Shown here: positions 28,480-38,119 of the stretch, piece after piece
Numbering within the stretch: the stretch's first letter is position 1
How the letters are laid out: every line of letters begins with the position of its first letter
Source of the DNA: Thermoanaerobaculia bacterium
Lineage (GTDB): Bacteria > Acidobacteriota > Thermoanaerobaculia > Multivoradales > UBA5704
DNA length: 64,000 nucleotides
Assembly (NCBI GenBank): GCA_035644215.1
Contig: DASQPA010000202.1
Location: forward strand, 4,162-68,161
Direction of reading: 5' to 3'
The notes under the pieces: model-generated
Told to the model about the DNA's origin: nothing
What the model saw: only the letters and a program-made list of their open reading frames with translations
Database searches by the model: none
Translations under genes and position numbers: made by a program

Positions 28480-30666
28480 CTACCGCCCCCCCGCCCAGAG
28501 GCTCTTGCCGTCGAGCTGCACCGGCGGCTTCACCCCGTAGATGTCGAGAATCGTGGGCATCACGTCGCCCATCTTGGGCTCCGGGGCGTTCAGCTTGGCG
28601 TTGCTGAACAGGATGCCCTTGACGAGCGGCGGGTAGACCGAGCAGTGATCGCCGCTCCAGATGCGGAGGTTGGGCTCGACCACCGCCTTGGCGATGCCGC
28701 CCAGGCTGTCCTGCCAGCCCACCCGGTAGCCCTCGCTGTTCGAGGGGATGAGGTCGGGGATCAAGAGCGGGTCATAGGTGCCGTAGGCCTCGTCGCGGGT
28801 GAAGACGTGCTGCACCGGGTGCTGCCCGGTCTCGGGGTCGACGTAGGCTTCGAGGCCGGCCTTGATCTCCGCCGCCAGCTTCTTGTAGTCCTCGCCCGGC
28901 TGCACGATCCCCTTCGCCTCCCGCCCGGCGAGGTTCAAGTAGACCTGCCCCAGCCCGAGGGCGTAGGCGCGGGTCTTCGACCAATCGACGTTGACGAAGA
29001 AGTCCCCCTGGTCGAAGAGGTCCTCCAGGTTCTTGCGCTTGGTGTCCTCCCCGGTCAGCACCATGTAGTTGTTCTTCGCCAGCCAGGTGTTGTAGTTCAT
29101 GCCGCGGCGGAAGGAGGCGAAGCCGTGGTCGGAGACGATGAGGAGGGTCGTCCCCTGAGGCAGCTTCGCCATCGTGGCCCCCACGATCTCATCCATCTGC
29201 TGGTAGGCGCCAAGGATCGCGCCGCCCCACTTGGCCGCCCCCTCCGCGGTGTAGAGCGGGTGCTTGGGATCGAGGAAGCGGAACATCATGTGCTGCACCC
29301 GGTCGGTGAACTCGAAGTAGTCGACGAGCACGTCCCAGTCGTCGTCCTTGAGGAAGCCGTCGAGGATCTGGCGATCCTTGGTCACCGTGTTCTTGACGTC
29401 CTCTAGGAAGACGTCCTCGGGGATGGTGCCGTTGTCCATCGACCAGGTGTCGATCTGCCAGCCGATGGTCTTGAAGAGGCCGAAGCGGTCGGTCATCTGG
29501 TGGATGAAGCGGGGCGGCGTCGTGAGGTCGACGATCGGCGGCAGGTTCTCCGGGTCGAACTGGATGGGCGAGAGGTAGAGCCGCACCTCGGGCGTGAGCG
29601 AAAGGAGCCGGAAGCGGCCGATGCCGTGCAGCTTGATAATCGCGTTGAAGGGGAAGGTGAAGCGCGCCCAGTCGCTCCACTCGCCCGGCTTCAAGGTCAG
29701 GTGCTGGCCCGAAACGTCGATCCCCAGACTCTTCTTGTCGTTCGCGACCACCAGGCGCATGGGGATCTTGAGGTACTCCTTCTCTTTCTGCTTGGGAAAA
29801 AGCTCGTTGGGCGGCCCCTTGATCTCGGTGTCGATCGTCCCCTTGTTGTCGGGGAGCTCGGTGACCTCGACCGAGAAGTCGCCGCCGCCCTTGGGGGTGA
29901 AGAAGAGCTCGGAGGTGAAGTAGAAGGGCTTGCCGATCCGCCCGGAGAGGTCGGGGGTGCCGAGGCCGGTCAAGAGCTCGCCGTGCTCGAACGGCTTGGG
30001 CGGAAAGGTGACCGGGACGCGGATCACCCGCACCCGCTGGCCGGCCTTGCCGAGGATCGACCAGAAGGGCTCCCCCTGCTGGCGGTTGGTGGCGTTGGGA
30101 CGGTCGACCGGCAGGAGCCGCGCCGCGGCCGCCCCGGCGCCGATCCCCAGGACACCCCCGAGGACGAGGGCGGTGACGAAGGCCGGCCGGGTGCGCAGGC
30201 GGAAGAGCTTGAGGAGCAGGAAGAAGACGAGGGCCAGCGCCAGGGCGCCGCCCACCCCGACGATCCAGGGGTTGGCCGTCCCCCAGAGGAAGGGGGTGCG
30301 CTTCTCGTCGTACATGGCGAAGCTCGGCTTGTAGGTCGCCGGATCGCGCTTCAGGAAGTCGAAGATGCCGTGGCGGCCGGGGGAGAGGCCGGTCGAGAAG
30401 GTCGACCAGGAGACCGGCGTCTGCGACGGCAGGGTGGGGAGGAGGGGGGCGAAGGTCCCCTCCGCCCGCAGCTTCGCCAGGTTCGGGAGCTTCCCCTCGT
30501 TCATCCACTGCTCGGTGAGCTTGGCGTCCACCCCGTCGAAACCCAGGATGACGAGCTTGTGCCCGGCGGCGGCGGCGGCCGGCCGGGGGAGGGCGAGGGC
30601 CAGAAGGACGGTGAGCGCGGCGAGGATCAAGTACAGCCGGCGGACGTGCGGGGTGCGATCGGGCAT
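28480..30666 (-). CDS. alkaline-phosphatase-superfamily protein (type I phosphodiesterase/nucleotide pyrophosphatase-like), membrane anchored
   Basis: The start is at MPDRTPHVRRLYLILAALTVLLALAL. Motifs: LVILGFDGVD, PSQTPVSWSTFSTGLSPGRHG (nucleophile region), LLIVSDHGF and WSGDHC. The upstream 244 codons of the 972-aa ORF are shadow sequence. Confidence 0.82.
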   Translation of the reverse strand: MPDRTPHVRRLYLILAALTVLLALALPRPAAAAAGHKLVILGFDGVDAKLTEQWMNEGKLPNLAKLRAEGTFAPLLPTLPSQTPVSWSTFSTGLSPGRHGIFDFLKRDPATYKPSFAMYDEKRTPFLWGTANPWIVGVGGALALALVFFLLLKLFRLRTRPAFVTALVLGGVLGIGAGAAAARLLPVDRPNATNRQQGEPFWSILGKAGQRVRVIRVPVTFPPKPFEHGELLTGLGTPDLSGRIGKPFYFTSELFFTPKGGGDFSVEVTELPDNKGTIDTEIKGPPNELFPKQKEKEYLKIPMRLVVANDKKSLGIDVSGQHLTLKPGEWSDWARFTFPFNAIIKLHGIGRFRLLSLTPEVRLYLSPIQFDPENLPPIVDLTTPPRFIHQMTDRFGLFKTIGWQIDTWSMDNGTIPEDVFLEDVKNTVTKDRQILDGFLKDDDWDVLVDYFEFTDRVQHMMFRFLDPKHPLYTAEGAAKWGGAILGAYQQMDEIVGATMAKLPQGTTLLIVSDHGFASFRRGMNYNTWLAKNNYMVLTGEDTKRKNLEDLFDQGDFFVNVDWSKTRAYALGLGQVYLNLAGREAKGIVQPGEDYKKLAAEIKAGLEAYVDPETGQHPVQHVFTRDEAYGTYDPLLIPDLIPSNSEGYRVGWQDSLGGIAKAVVEPNLRIWSGDHCSVYPPLVKGILFSNAKLNAPEPKMGDVMPTILDIYGVKPPVQLDGKSLWAGGR

Positions 30667-30732
30667 GCGGCGGATTCTAGCAAAAGCCCCGCGGCAAACC
30701 CCGCGGCGCAGACAGCGTAGTATGAAGAGACC

Positions 30733-33075
30733 ATGACCGACCGCCCTCCCGTCGTCCGGCCGTTGGGGTCGATCCTCGTCGGTGCCCTGGTCTTCGCCGC
30801 CGGGCTGGCCCTGGCCCTCGCCTGGCTGCCCGAGTGGCGGGCCGGCCGGCTGCCGGAGGAGGGGCGTTTCGTGGAGCGCTATCGCGAGCTCGCGGGGCGC
30901 GCCGGGGTGGGCCTGGCGCCCCAGCCGCCCCAGGTCGCCCTCGGTTTCGCCGCCCACGACCTGGGCCTGGCCGGCGCGGCCAGGGGCCGGCGGGGGCCGC
31001 GCGCCATCTCGCCGCGGCTCGCCGGGGTCAAGGTGACGGTGGCCCAGGAGGGGACCCTGCCCGGCGATCCGGCCCTGCGCACCCTGGCCCTCTCGTTCTC
31101 GCCGGACGGCGCGCCGCTGGGGATCACCTGGACCGCCCCCGGGCTCCAGCAGTTCTTCACCTCGCCCCTGCAGACCCTCCCACGCGCCCAGTCCCTGGTC
31201 TTCGTCCAGCAGCTCCTCGCTCCCGGCGAGTCGCTGGGAAAGCCGCTGGAGGAGGCGACGAACGACATGGCCCTCCTCTACGCGCTGCCGGGGACCCGGC
31301 CGGTCCAGCACCTGGGGGCCGCCTTCCTGCCCGGCGCGAGCCTCATCGCGCAGCGCAGCCCCGGCACCGTCGAGCAGGCCCTCGCCCGGGGCCGCCACAT
31401 CAACATCGGGACTCTCCTGCAGCGCTGGTTCCCCGACATCCTTCTCTTCTTCCTCGTGGCCGGCCTCTTCTTCTTCCTCGTCTCACGCGGGCGGATCGAC
31501 TTCAAGAACGGCCTGGTCCTCTGCGGGCTCACCCTCGTCGCCTCGCTCGGGGGGCTCTTCCACGCCCTGCCCGACACCCCCTCGATCGCCTCGGCCCTCC
31601 TCGCCCTGGCGCTCCATGCCCTCTGGGTCTTCCTCGCCTGGTCGGCGGGCGAGTCGTTCATCCGTTCGACCTCCCCCGACTTCACCACCAGCCTGGACGC
31701 CCTGCGCGCCGGGCGGCTGGGGCCGCGCGGCGGCCGCGCCCTGCTCTTCGGGCTGGCCCTGGGAGCGGCGTTCGCCGGCCTCCGGCTCGCCGTCACGGCC
31801 ACCGCCCTGGCCCTGCCCGGGATCTGGCCGGAGAGGGCGAGCCTGTCGCTACCGATCTTCGATACGACGAGCCCGGTGGGCGTGGGGATCGCCTTCGCCG
31901 CCGAGTCGCTGGTCCTCCTCGCCGTCGCCGGCCGCCTCCTGCCGCGGCGCTGGGTGGTGCCGGCGGCGGCCCTCGCCGGCGCCTTCTTCCTCGCTCCCCT
32001 GGACCTCCACCCCTGGCCCGTGGGGTACGCCGCCAACGTCGCCCTCCTCCTCTTCCTCTTCGAGGGTGGACGGCGCTTCGGGCTGACCGCCCTCCTGACC
32101 GCCGCCATGATCTCCTTCCTGCTGCCGGCGGCGGCCTTCTCGGCCCTCCACCTCGACTGGCTGCCGGGGACCTTCGTCTTGACCGCCGTCGACCCGCTGG
32201 CCTTCGTCTTCCTCGGGCTCCTCGGGTTGCGGCGGCCGGACCAGGTGGAAATCGAGCGCCTCGCCCCGCCCGCCTTCATCCGCCGCCTGGAGGAGGAGCG
32301 CCGGGTGAGCTACGAGATGGACCTCCTCACCCGCATGCAGCTCGGGCTCCTCCCCGAGGCGGTGCCCGAGATCCCCGGCTGGGAGATCGCCGCCCAGTCG
32401 CTCCTCGCGACCGAAGCCGGCGGCGACCTCTACGATTTTCTGCACACCGGAACGCCGGGAACGCCGGGGACGCCGGAGAAAACGGACGGCCACCTGTGGA
32501 TCGCGGCCGGCGACGTGGCCGGCCACGGCTACTCCTGCTCGATCGTCCAGGCGATGACGACGGCGGCCCTGACCAGCATCATCGCTCCCGGTCGTACCCC
32601 CGCCGAGGTGCTCAAGGAGGTCGACCGGGTGATCCGCCGCGGCGGCAGAAGGCGCAACTTCACCAGCCTCGCCCTCCTCCGCCTGGACCTCGCGACCGGC
32701 CAGGCGCTCCTCGCCAACGCCGGCCACCCCTACCCGCTCCTCCTGGTGGACAACGCGGTCGAGGAGATCGTCCTCCCTGGCCTCCCCCTCGGGCAGGGAC
32801 CGAAGAGGGAGTACGCGGATCTCGCCCTCACCCTGCCGCCAGGGAGCGTCCTCATCCTCTGCTCGGACGGCCTCTTCGAAGCCCCCAACTGGGCAGGCGA
32901 CCCCTACGGCTACGAGCGGCCGAGCGAGATCCTGCGCTGGACCTCCCGCCGTCCCGCCCAGGCCATCCTGGAAGCCCTCCTGGCCGACTGGCGCCGCCAC
33001 CTCCACAACGAGGAGCCGCCGGACGACACCACGGTTTTGGTGATCAAGCGGCGGTGGGAGTCGATGATCGGGTAG
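30733..33075 (+). CDS. polytopic membrane PP2C/SpoIIE-family protein phosphatase (paralogue of 14519-16918)
   Basis: It has the same architecture: an N-terminal periplasmic segment, about 10 TM segments, then GGDLYDF...AAGDVAGHGYSCSIVQA...ANAGHPYPL...LILCSDGLFEA...DDTTVLVIK. Confidence 0.85.
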   Translation: MTDRPPVVRPLGSILVGALVFAAGLALALAWLPEWRAGRLPEEGRFVERYRELAGRAGVGLAPQPPQVALGFAAHDLGLAGAARGRRGPRAISPRLAGVKVTVAQEGTLPGDPALRTLALSFSPDGAPLGITWTAPGLQQFFTSPLQTLPRAQSLVFVQQLLAPGESLGKPLEEATNDMALLYALPGTRPVQHLGAAFLPGASLIAQRSPGTVEQALARGRHINIGTLLQRWFPDILLFFLVAGLFFFLVSRGRIDFKNGLVLCGLTLVASLGGLFHALPDTPSIASALLALALHALWVFLAWSAGESFIRSTSPDFTTSLDALRAGRLGPRGGRALLFGLALGAAFAGLRLAVTATALALPGIWPERASLSLPIFDTTSPVGVGIAFAAESLVLLAVAGRLLPRRWVVPAAALAGAFFLAPLDLHPWPVGYAANVALLLFLFEGGRRFGLTALLTAAMISFLLPAAAFSALHLDWLPGTFVLTAVDPLAFVFLGLLGLRRPDQVEIERLAPPAFIRRLEEERRVSYEMDLLTRMQLGLLPEAVPEIPGWEIAAQSLLATEAGGDLYDFLHTGTPGTPGTPEKTDGHLWIAAGDVAGHGYSCSIVQAMTTAALTSIIAPGRTPAEVLKEVDRVIRRGGRRRNFTSLALLRLDLATGQALLANAGHPYPLLLVDNAVEEIVLPGLPLGQGPKREYADLALTLPPGSVLILCSDGLFEAPNWAGDPYGYERPSEILRWTSRRPAQAILEALLADWRRHLHNEEPPDDTTVLVIKRRWESMIG

Positions 33076-33954
33076 CTAGGAGCGGCTGTCGATATAGTTC
33101 TGCGCGATCTGAGCAAGCTCCGCGGCGCGCTGTGGGTCTCTCCTATAGAGATCGTGAAAACATCGGGCGCAACTGGCGTGCTCGCTGGCGGAAGACAAGA
33201 GGCTTACGACGGCCCGATCCGCCAGGTCCCCCAAAGGGGAGTCCGCTCTTTCCTTCCATAGGAGAGCCAGATAAAGAGACCGGATGGTCTCGGCCCGCCC
33301 GCAAAGGAGATCCCCTCTCTCGTCAAGCGCGAAGAAATCGATCGTGACGATCGCACGCCGCATGGGATGGCCCTCCCGGATCTTCGGCACGGGGTTGATG
33401 CCGTTGAAGGTGAGGATCTCCTCCGGGTCTTCGTCCAGCTCTCCCAAGGGATACAGAAGGAACGGTCGCTCGGCGCGCAGCTCCACCGGATCGAGGCTCC
33501 CTGGGAGGCGTTCGGCGGCGATGGGAAAGAAGCTGCCCTTGAGCGAGGTATTGCAAGTCTTGCAGGCAATGGCATAGTTGAAGAGCTGATAGGCGAGGAG
33601 ATAGTAGCCGGCCGGCAGGTCGCTCCCGGTCGCGAAGTCGTAGTGGAGGCCCCGTTCGCGCTCGATCCTCCGCGCCGGCCATACTCTGACCGTGCTCTTC
33701 GGACGGTAGTGCTCCACGTCGTGCTCGACGGAGCCAAATCGCTGGCCGGATAGCCTGCGCTCGCAGTAGGCGCACTTCTCCCGCTGGAGATCCATGAACA
33801 CCCGCTTCACCTCACCCCAGGTGCTCTCGTCCTCCTCGTACCTGCCCAGCTCTCGGAACCGCTCGGTTCTCCGGGCAGCCTCCTCCAGCCAGCCGGGCAC
33901 CGCAGCCTGGACCCGCTTCTCCAGCTCTTGCAAGGAGATAGGGTAACGGATCAC
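33076..33954 (-). CDS. ptuB: HNH endonuclease, TIGR02646/PtuB-like (Septu nuclease component)
   Basis: REKCAYCERRLSG....VEHDVEHYRPKS ... YAIACKTCNTSLKGSFFP has the Cys4 plus His-Asn-His layout of the PtuB family. The GTG at 33954 lies 10 nt after the ptuA stop; the longer ORF-track start overlaps ptuA. Confidence 0.78.
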   Translation of the reverse strand: MIRYPISLQELEKRVQAAVPGWLEEAARRTERFRELGRYEEDESTWGEVKRVFMDLQREKCAYCERRLSGQRFGSVEHDVEHYRPKSTVRVWPARRIERERGLHYDFATGSDLPAGYYLLAYQLFNYAIACKTCNTSLKGSFFPIAAERLPGSLDPVELRAERPFLLYPLGELDEDPEEILTFNGINPVPKIREGHPMRRAIVTIDFFALDERGDLLCGRAETIRSLYLALLWKERADSPLGDLADRAVVSLLSSASEHASCARCFHDLYRRDPQRAAELAQIAQNYIDSRS

Positions 33955-33964
33955 AGGTCTTGGA

Positions 33965-35212
33965 TCACCGGCCCGGGACTTCGGAGCCTTTGGCGAGTGT
34001 CTCCAGGAAAGAGCGGGCCGCTTCCGGATCTCCCTCCATCGCCCGTTTCGACAGCTGGCGCAGGTAATCCACGGCATCCGGAGCACGGCTCGACCTTAGA
34101 TTGAAGTAGGAGCTCAATAGTATCTGATCGGCATCGAGCCCGTGGATGTTCTCCTCCAACTGCTGTACCGTCGATGCCCCGGAGTCGTCCATTTCCAAGA
34201 CGAAAATGTTCTTCGCGCTCAAGGTGCCGGCGACGATCGGGCTATGGGTCGAGAGGACGAACTGGAGGTTGGGGAGCGTCTGTGAAATCGTGGGAACCAC
34301 TCGTCGTTGCCACTCCGGATGGAGGTGAAGGTCGACCTCGTCAACTAAGACGACCCCCTTGAGGTCTCGTAGCTTTGTACCGGCAGGGCAGCCGAGAGTC
34401 ATGTTATAGAGGAGGTCGGTAATCCAACCCAGGTAGGCACGGTAGCCATCGGAAAGTGCTCCGAAGGGCACCGTGATACCGCAATGCTCGAATAGATACT
34501 CCTCCTTCTCTAAATCTCCTATGAACCTTGTCCCCTCCGGCAACATGTCATTGACGATCCCCTGAATCTCTTGAAAGCGCTCGCCGTAGGCGAAGCGGGG
34601 TAGCCAGGCGGCTAGGGGAACGAGCGGGATGTGCTCCTCAAAAATCCCCGCTACCCGTTGATACCGGAGACGCCTTCTCTTGCGCTGCGTCGGAAGTGGC
34701 TCTGAACCGCTGGCATCGGTCGACCAACGAGTTGCTCCATAGCCCAGCAATAAAAAGGCTGGAGATTCCTCGTCATACATCTCATCCTTCCAACTACTGA
34801 GCCAGGACTCTTCGTAAAGCTCTCTCAGTACCTCCTCATCTCTGACCTTGCCAATTCGGACTCCAGAAGAGCCAGATCGGGAGGGTGAATCGATGCCATT
34901 GCCAAAGTGGCCTTGATCCTGACCATGCATCAACAGACCAGCATCGACGGAGGCCATTTCCATCTGTACGCCGCCGGTTTCTCTCCGGGTCAATTGGTAG
35001 GGTACGTACCCTGAGCCTTCCAGGAATCTGGAGAGGACCGCCAGCGCGATCGCCTTGAAGACGGTGGTCTTGCCGGACCCGTTGTCCCCGAGGAGGAGAT
35101 TGACGTTCGACAGGGCCGGCGGCGACTCCTGCTCCCGCCCCGGGAACTGGAGCTCCAGCTCGGCTTCCCGGAAGCACCGGAGGTTCGCTATGCGCAGAGA
35201 TCGGACGTACAC
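33965..35212 (-). CDS. ptuA: ABC/SMC-like AAA_15/AAA_21 ATPase, PtuA-like (Septu ATPase component)
   Basis: MYVRSLRIANLRCFREAEL..., Walker A LLGDNGSGKTTVFKAIA, Walker B/D-loop VVLVDEVDLHLHPEWQ and H-loop FVLSTHSP. GC is about 56% in 34381-34500 (67/120, hand count). Confidence 0.78.
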   Translation of the reverse strand: MYVRSLRIANLRCFREAELELQFPGREQESPPALSNVNLLLGDNGSGKTTVFKAIALAVLSRFLEGSGYVPYQLTRRETGGVQMEMASVDAGLLMHGQDQGHFGNGIDSPSRSGSSGVRIGKVRDEEVLRELYEESWLSSWKDEMYDEESPAFLLLGYGATRWSTDASGSEPLPTQRKRRRLRYQRVAGIFEEHIPLVPLAAWLPRFAYGERFQEIQGIVNDMLPEGTRFIGDLEKEEYLFEHCGITVPFGALSDGYRAYLGWITDLLYNMTLGCPAGTKLRDLKGVVLVDEVDLHLHPEWQRRVVPTISQTLPNLQFVLSTHSPIVAGTLSAKNIFVLEMDDSGASTVQQLEENIHGLDADQILLSSYFNLRSSRAPDAVDYLRQLSKRAMEGDPEAARSFLETLAKGSEVPGR

Positions 35213-35591
35213 CGCGCCAGTCTAACCCCTTCTCGCCGAAGGGTAAACAGCCCCCCTACCGCGCCGGCAGATGCAGGAACCGCACGTTGGTCACCGGCAC
35301 CAGCACCAGGGGGAAGGCGGTGAGCTCGGCCAGCTCGCGGGCGGAGAGGGGGCGGATGCGCGCCACCGTGGTGGGCACACCCGTCCGGGTGGGATCGCAG
35401 CCGCGCTCGAGGAAGGTCAGAAGGAGCCAGCGGCCGAGGGTGCGACGCGCCGCGTTCACCGGCTGATTGTACCCGATGGTCTCTTAAGGTTCTCCGTAAT
35501 CTTCGGGACATAGGATACGCTCGTCCCGCGGGCGCAGCCCGCCTCCCCCAACCCCCCCACAGGGCCCCCCCCACGGGCCAGGAGACTCGCC

Positions 35592-36035
35592 ATGGACCTT
35601 TTCGGAGATGTGTTGAACGCCGTGACCGGTGCCGCCAATACCGCCGGCACCGCCAACCCCAACCCCCCCGCCACCGCCGACCTCGGCCATCCTGGGATGG
35701 TCCAGGCCCTCCTCGGCCTCCTGGGCAACCAGGGCGGCGCGGGCGGCCTCTCGGGACTTGTGCAGCTGTTCGAGCAGCAGGGGTTGGGCCACCTCGTCGG
35801 CTCCTGGATCGGCAGCGGGCAGAACCTGCCGGTCTCGGCGCAGCAGGTGGAGAACGTCCTGGGAAGCGACCGTCTGGGCCAGCTCGCCCAGCAGGCCGGC
35901 GTCCCCGCCGACCAGGCCGGCTCGCTGCTCGCCTCGGTGCTCCCCGGCCTCGTCGACCGGCTGACCCCCACCGGCACCGCCGACCACGGCCTCCTCGAAG
36001 AGGGCCTGATCTTCCTCCGCGGTAAGATGGCCTGA
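35592..36035 (+). CDS. yidB: YidB-family protein (DUF937)
   Basis: GLSGLVQLFEQQGLGHLVGSWIGSGQNLPVSAQQVENVLGSDRLGQLAQQAGV...LASVLPGLVDRLTP is the DUF937 signature pattern. Confidence 0.8.
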   Translation: MDLFGDVLNAVTGAANTAGTANPNPPATADLGHPGMVQALLGLLGNQGGAGGLSGLVQLFEQQGLGHLVGSWIGSGQNLPVSAQQVENVLGSDRLGQLAQQAGVPADQAGSLLASVLPGLVDRLTPTGTADHGLLEEGLIFLRGKMA

Positions 36036-36080
36036 AATTTTGCGTCGAGCCTGCCCTTCCGGCGGGCGGAAAGGATCAAC

Positions 36081-36377
36081 ATGCTGAAGAAGCTGATCGT
36101 GGCTCTCGTGCTGACCGCCTCCCTGTGGACCCTCCCCGCCCACGCGGCGGCGCCCAAGACCTACCAGGTGACCGGCCCCGTCCTCGAGCTGACGGCCGAC
36201 ACCATCGTCGTGCAGAAGGGGAAGGACCGCTGGGAGATCGGGCGCGACGCGGCGACCAAGGTCACCGGCGACTTGAAGGTCGGCTCCAAGGTGACGATCG
36301 AGTATCGGATGACCGCGGCCACCGTCGACGTCAAGCCCGAGAAGGCGGCCAAGCCGGCCAAGAAGCCCAAGAGCTGA
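36081..36377 (+). CDS. small secreted protein with a Lys-rich tail (paralogue-like of 19855-20262)
   Basis: Signal peptide MLKKLIVALVLTASLWTLPAHA. Core YQVTGPVLELTADTIVVQKGKDRWEIGRDAATKV...VGSKVTIEY. Tail KPEKAAKPAKKPKS. Confidence 0.6.
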   Translation: MLKKLIVALVLTASLWTLPAHAAAPKTYQVTGPVLELTADTIVVQKGKDRWEIGRDAATKVTGDLKVGSKVTIEYRMTAATVDVKPEKAAKPAKKPKS

Positions 36378-36475
36378 TCCCCCGGGAGGCGCCCCGCGAG
36401 GGGCGCCTCCGCGTCCTCCTGGAGACGCCCTGGCAATCGTGCGATGCAAAGGTCTGTGGTAGCGGCTGGGCGTCT

Positions 36476-37567
36476 CTACTCCGTGAGGAACCTCGCCAGC
36501 AGGCGATGGAAGTGGTGCACCCCCGCTTCGCGGTCAGGGGAGTAGCGGCCGCGGTCGTAGAGCCGCGAGCGCACCCCCCGCTGCACGCTCTCGACCACCG
36601 CCTCGTCCTCGCGCTCCACCCGGTCGAGCCCGGCGCCGGCCCCGCGGTCGAGCTTGCCCGGGTCCCAGACGTAGGTCAAGAAGGAGACCCGGGTGCGGTC
36701 GACCGCGAGAGGCTTGACGACGTTGACCGAGATCCCCCAGGGGTAGACGTTCAGCATGGTGTTGGGAAAGAGAAAGAAGTAGTAGGCGGCGATCGACTGC
36801 CCCCCCGCCTGATCATCGGGCGAGGTGGCGGGGAGATCGAAGGTCTCGTCGCCCCCCGCGGCCACCCCGACCTGGAGATTGGCGTAGGGGAAGAGCTCGG
36901 TCCGGTAGCTGCCGTAGTCGAGCGCCCCGGCCAGGCCGGCATGGACGAAGGGGATGTGGAAACCCTCCAGGTAGTTGTCGCAGTAGAGCGCCCAGTTGGC
37001 CCGCACCAGGTAGTCGCGCGAGCGGCCGGGATCGAAGGTCGCCTCGGCCAGGGGGAGAAAGCCGATCCGCTCGCGCACCGGGGCGAGCAGCTCGTCGAGC
37101 GGGAAGGCCGGAGCGAGGGAGGCGAAGAGGAAGCTGCCGAAGGCGCCGAAGTCCACCCGCGGCAGGTCGTCCGCGGCAGTGGGGAAACCCGCCGTGCGCT
37201 CGAACTCCGGCATGGAGAGGAAACGGCCGTCCAGCCCGAAGCGGCGGCCGTGGTAGCGGCAGCGCAGGAAGGGGTCGTTGCCCGGGCTCTCCGCCACCAG
37301 GTTGCCGCGGTGGGTGCAGACGTTCGACAGGCAGTGCAGCTGGTCCTTGGCGTCGCGGGTCCAGAGGAGCGGCTCGTCCAGGCTCCCTTCGAGGAGGGTG
37401 ACCGGGTGGACCTGCCCCGGCACCTTGACCGCGGCGGTGTCCGCCACCAGCTGCCAGCTGCGGGCGAAGACCCCCTCCAGGACCTGGCGATAGACCTCGG
37501 GATCGAAGTAGAGGCGCGAAGGCGGGGTCGCCGCCCGGGTGATGTCGGGGTCGATGTCGAGGCGCAT
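36476..37567 (-). CDS. Rieske [2Fe-2S] aromatic-ring-hydroxylating oxygenase alpha-subunit-like protein
   Basis: CLSNVCTHRGNLV....LRCRYHGRRF is the CxH...CxxH Rieske motif. The C-terminal catalytic region contains NYLEGFHIPFVH. Confidence 0.85.
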   Translation of the reverse strand: MRLDIDPDITRAATPPSRLYFDPEVYRQVLEGVFARSWQLVADTAAVKVPGQVHPVTLLEGSLDEPLLWTRDAKDQLHCLSNVCTHRGNLVAESPGNDPFLRCRYHGRRFGLDGRFLSMPEFERTAGFPTAADDLPRVDFGAFGSFLFASLAPAFPLDELLAPVRERIGFLPLAEATFDPGRSRDYLVRANWALYCDNYLEGFHIPFVHAGLAGALDYGSYRTELFPYANLQVGVAAGGDETFDLPATSPDDQAGGQSIAAYYFFLFPNTMLNVYPWGISVNVVKPLAVDRTRVSFLTYVWDPGKLDRGAGAGLDRVEREDEAVVESVQRGVRSRLYDRGRYSPDREAGVHHFHRLLARFLTE

Positions 37568-37596
37568 GGTCCCTCCAGGGGGCCTAGAATAGAGGG

Positions 37597-38112
37597 ATGC
37601 GCCCCGACCTCCAAACCAACGGCCTCGCCGTCTTCCTCGACCACCCCGGTCTCCCCGGCCCCTTCGGTGCCCTGATGGACGAGTACGCCCGGGCCGCCGG
37701 GGAGCTCTGCAGCGTGATCGAGGCGGTCCCCGCCGACCGGTTCGAGCGCGAGCTCCCCGACCCGGCGATCGAATTCCGCTCGCTCCGCTCCGTCGTCCAG
37801 CACGTCGCCCGCTCCGCCTACGGCTATGCCGGCGCCCTGCGGAAGGCGCGGTCGCTGCCCAAAGCCACGCTCGGCACGATCGAGGTCGCCGTCCCGGCCG
37901 ATCTGCGGTCCCACCTCGCCGGCGCCCTGCGCTCCATGGAGGGGGCCCTCACCGGGTTCTACGACGCCGACGACGCGACCGTCACCGCTCTGCGCTTCGA
38001 GATGCCCTGGGGGCCCATCTACGATCCCGAGATCCTCCTCGAGCACGCCATCGTCCACCTCCTACGGCACCGCCGGCAGGTCGAGCGCTGGCCCGCAGGA
38101 CTTCCGGGATGA
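37597..38112 (+). CDS. DinB-family protein
   Basis: A four-helix DinB-like pattern with conserved His residues (...VQHVARSAYGY..., LLEHAIVHLLRHRRQV). Confidence 0.7.
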   Translation: MRPDLQTNGLAVFLDHPGLPGPFGALMDEYARAAGELCSVIEAVPADRFERELPDPAIEFRSLRSVVQHVARSAYGYAGALRKARSLPKATLGTIEVAVPADLRSHLAGALRSMEGALTGFYDADDATVTALRFEMPWGPIYDPEILLEHAIVHLLRHRRQVERWPAGLPG

Positions 38113-38119
38113 TGCAGGG

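Noticed and set aside
35256-35459. 67-codon minus-strand ORF upstream of ptuA (MNAARRTLGRWLLLTFLERGCDPTRTG...).
   Set aside because: There is no recognisable family, no clear RBS, and a composition compatible with chance in high-GC DNA. It is mentioned only as possible regulatory space for the Septu pair.
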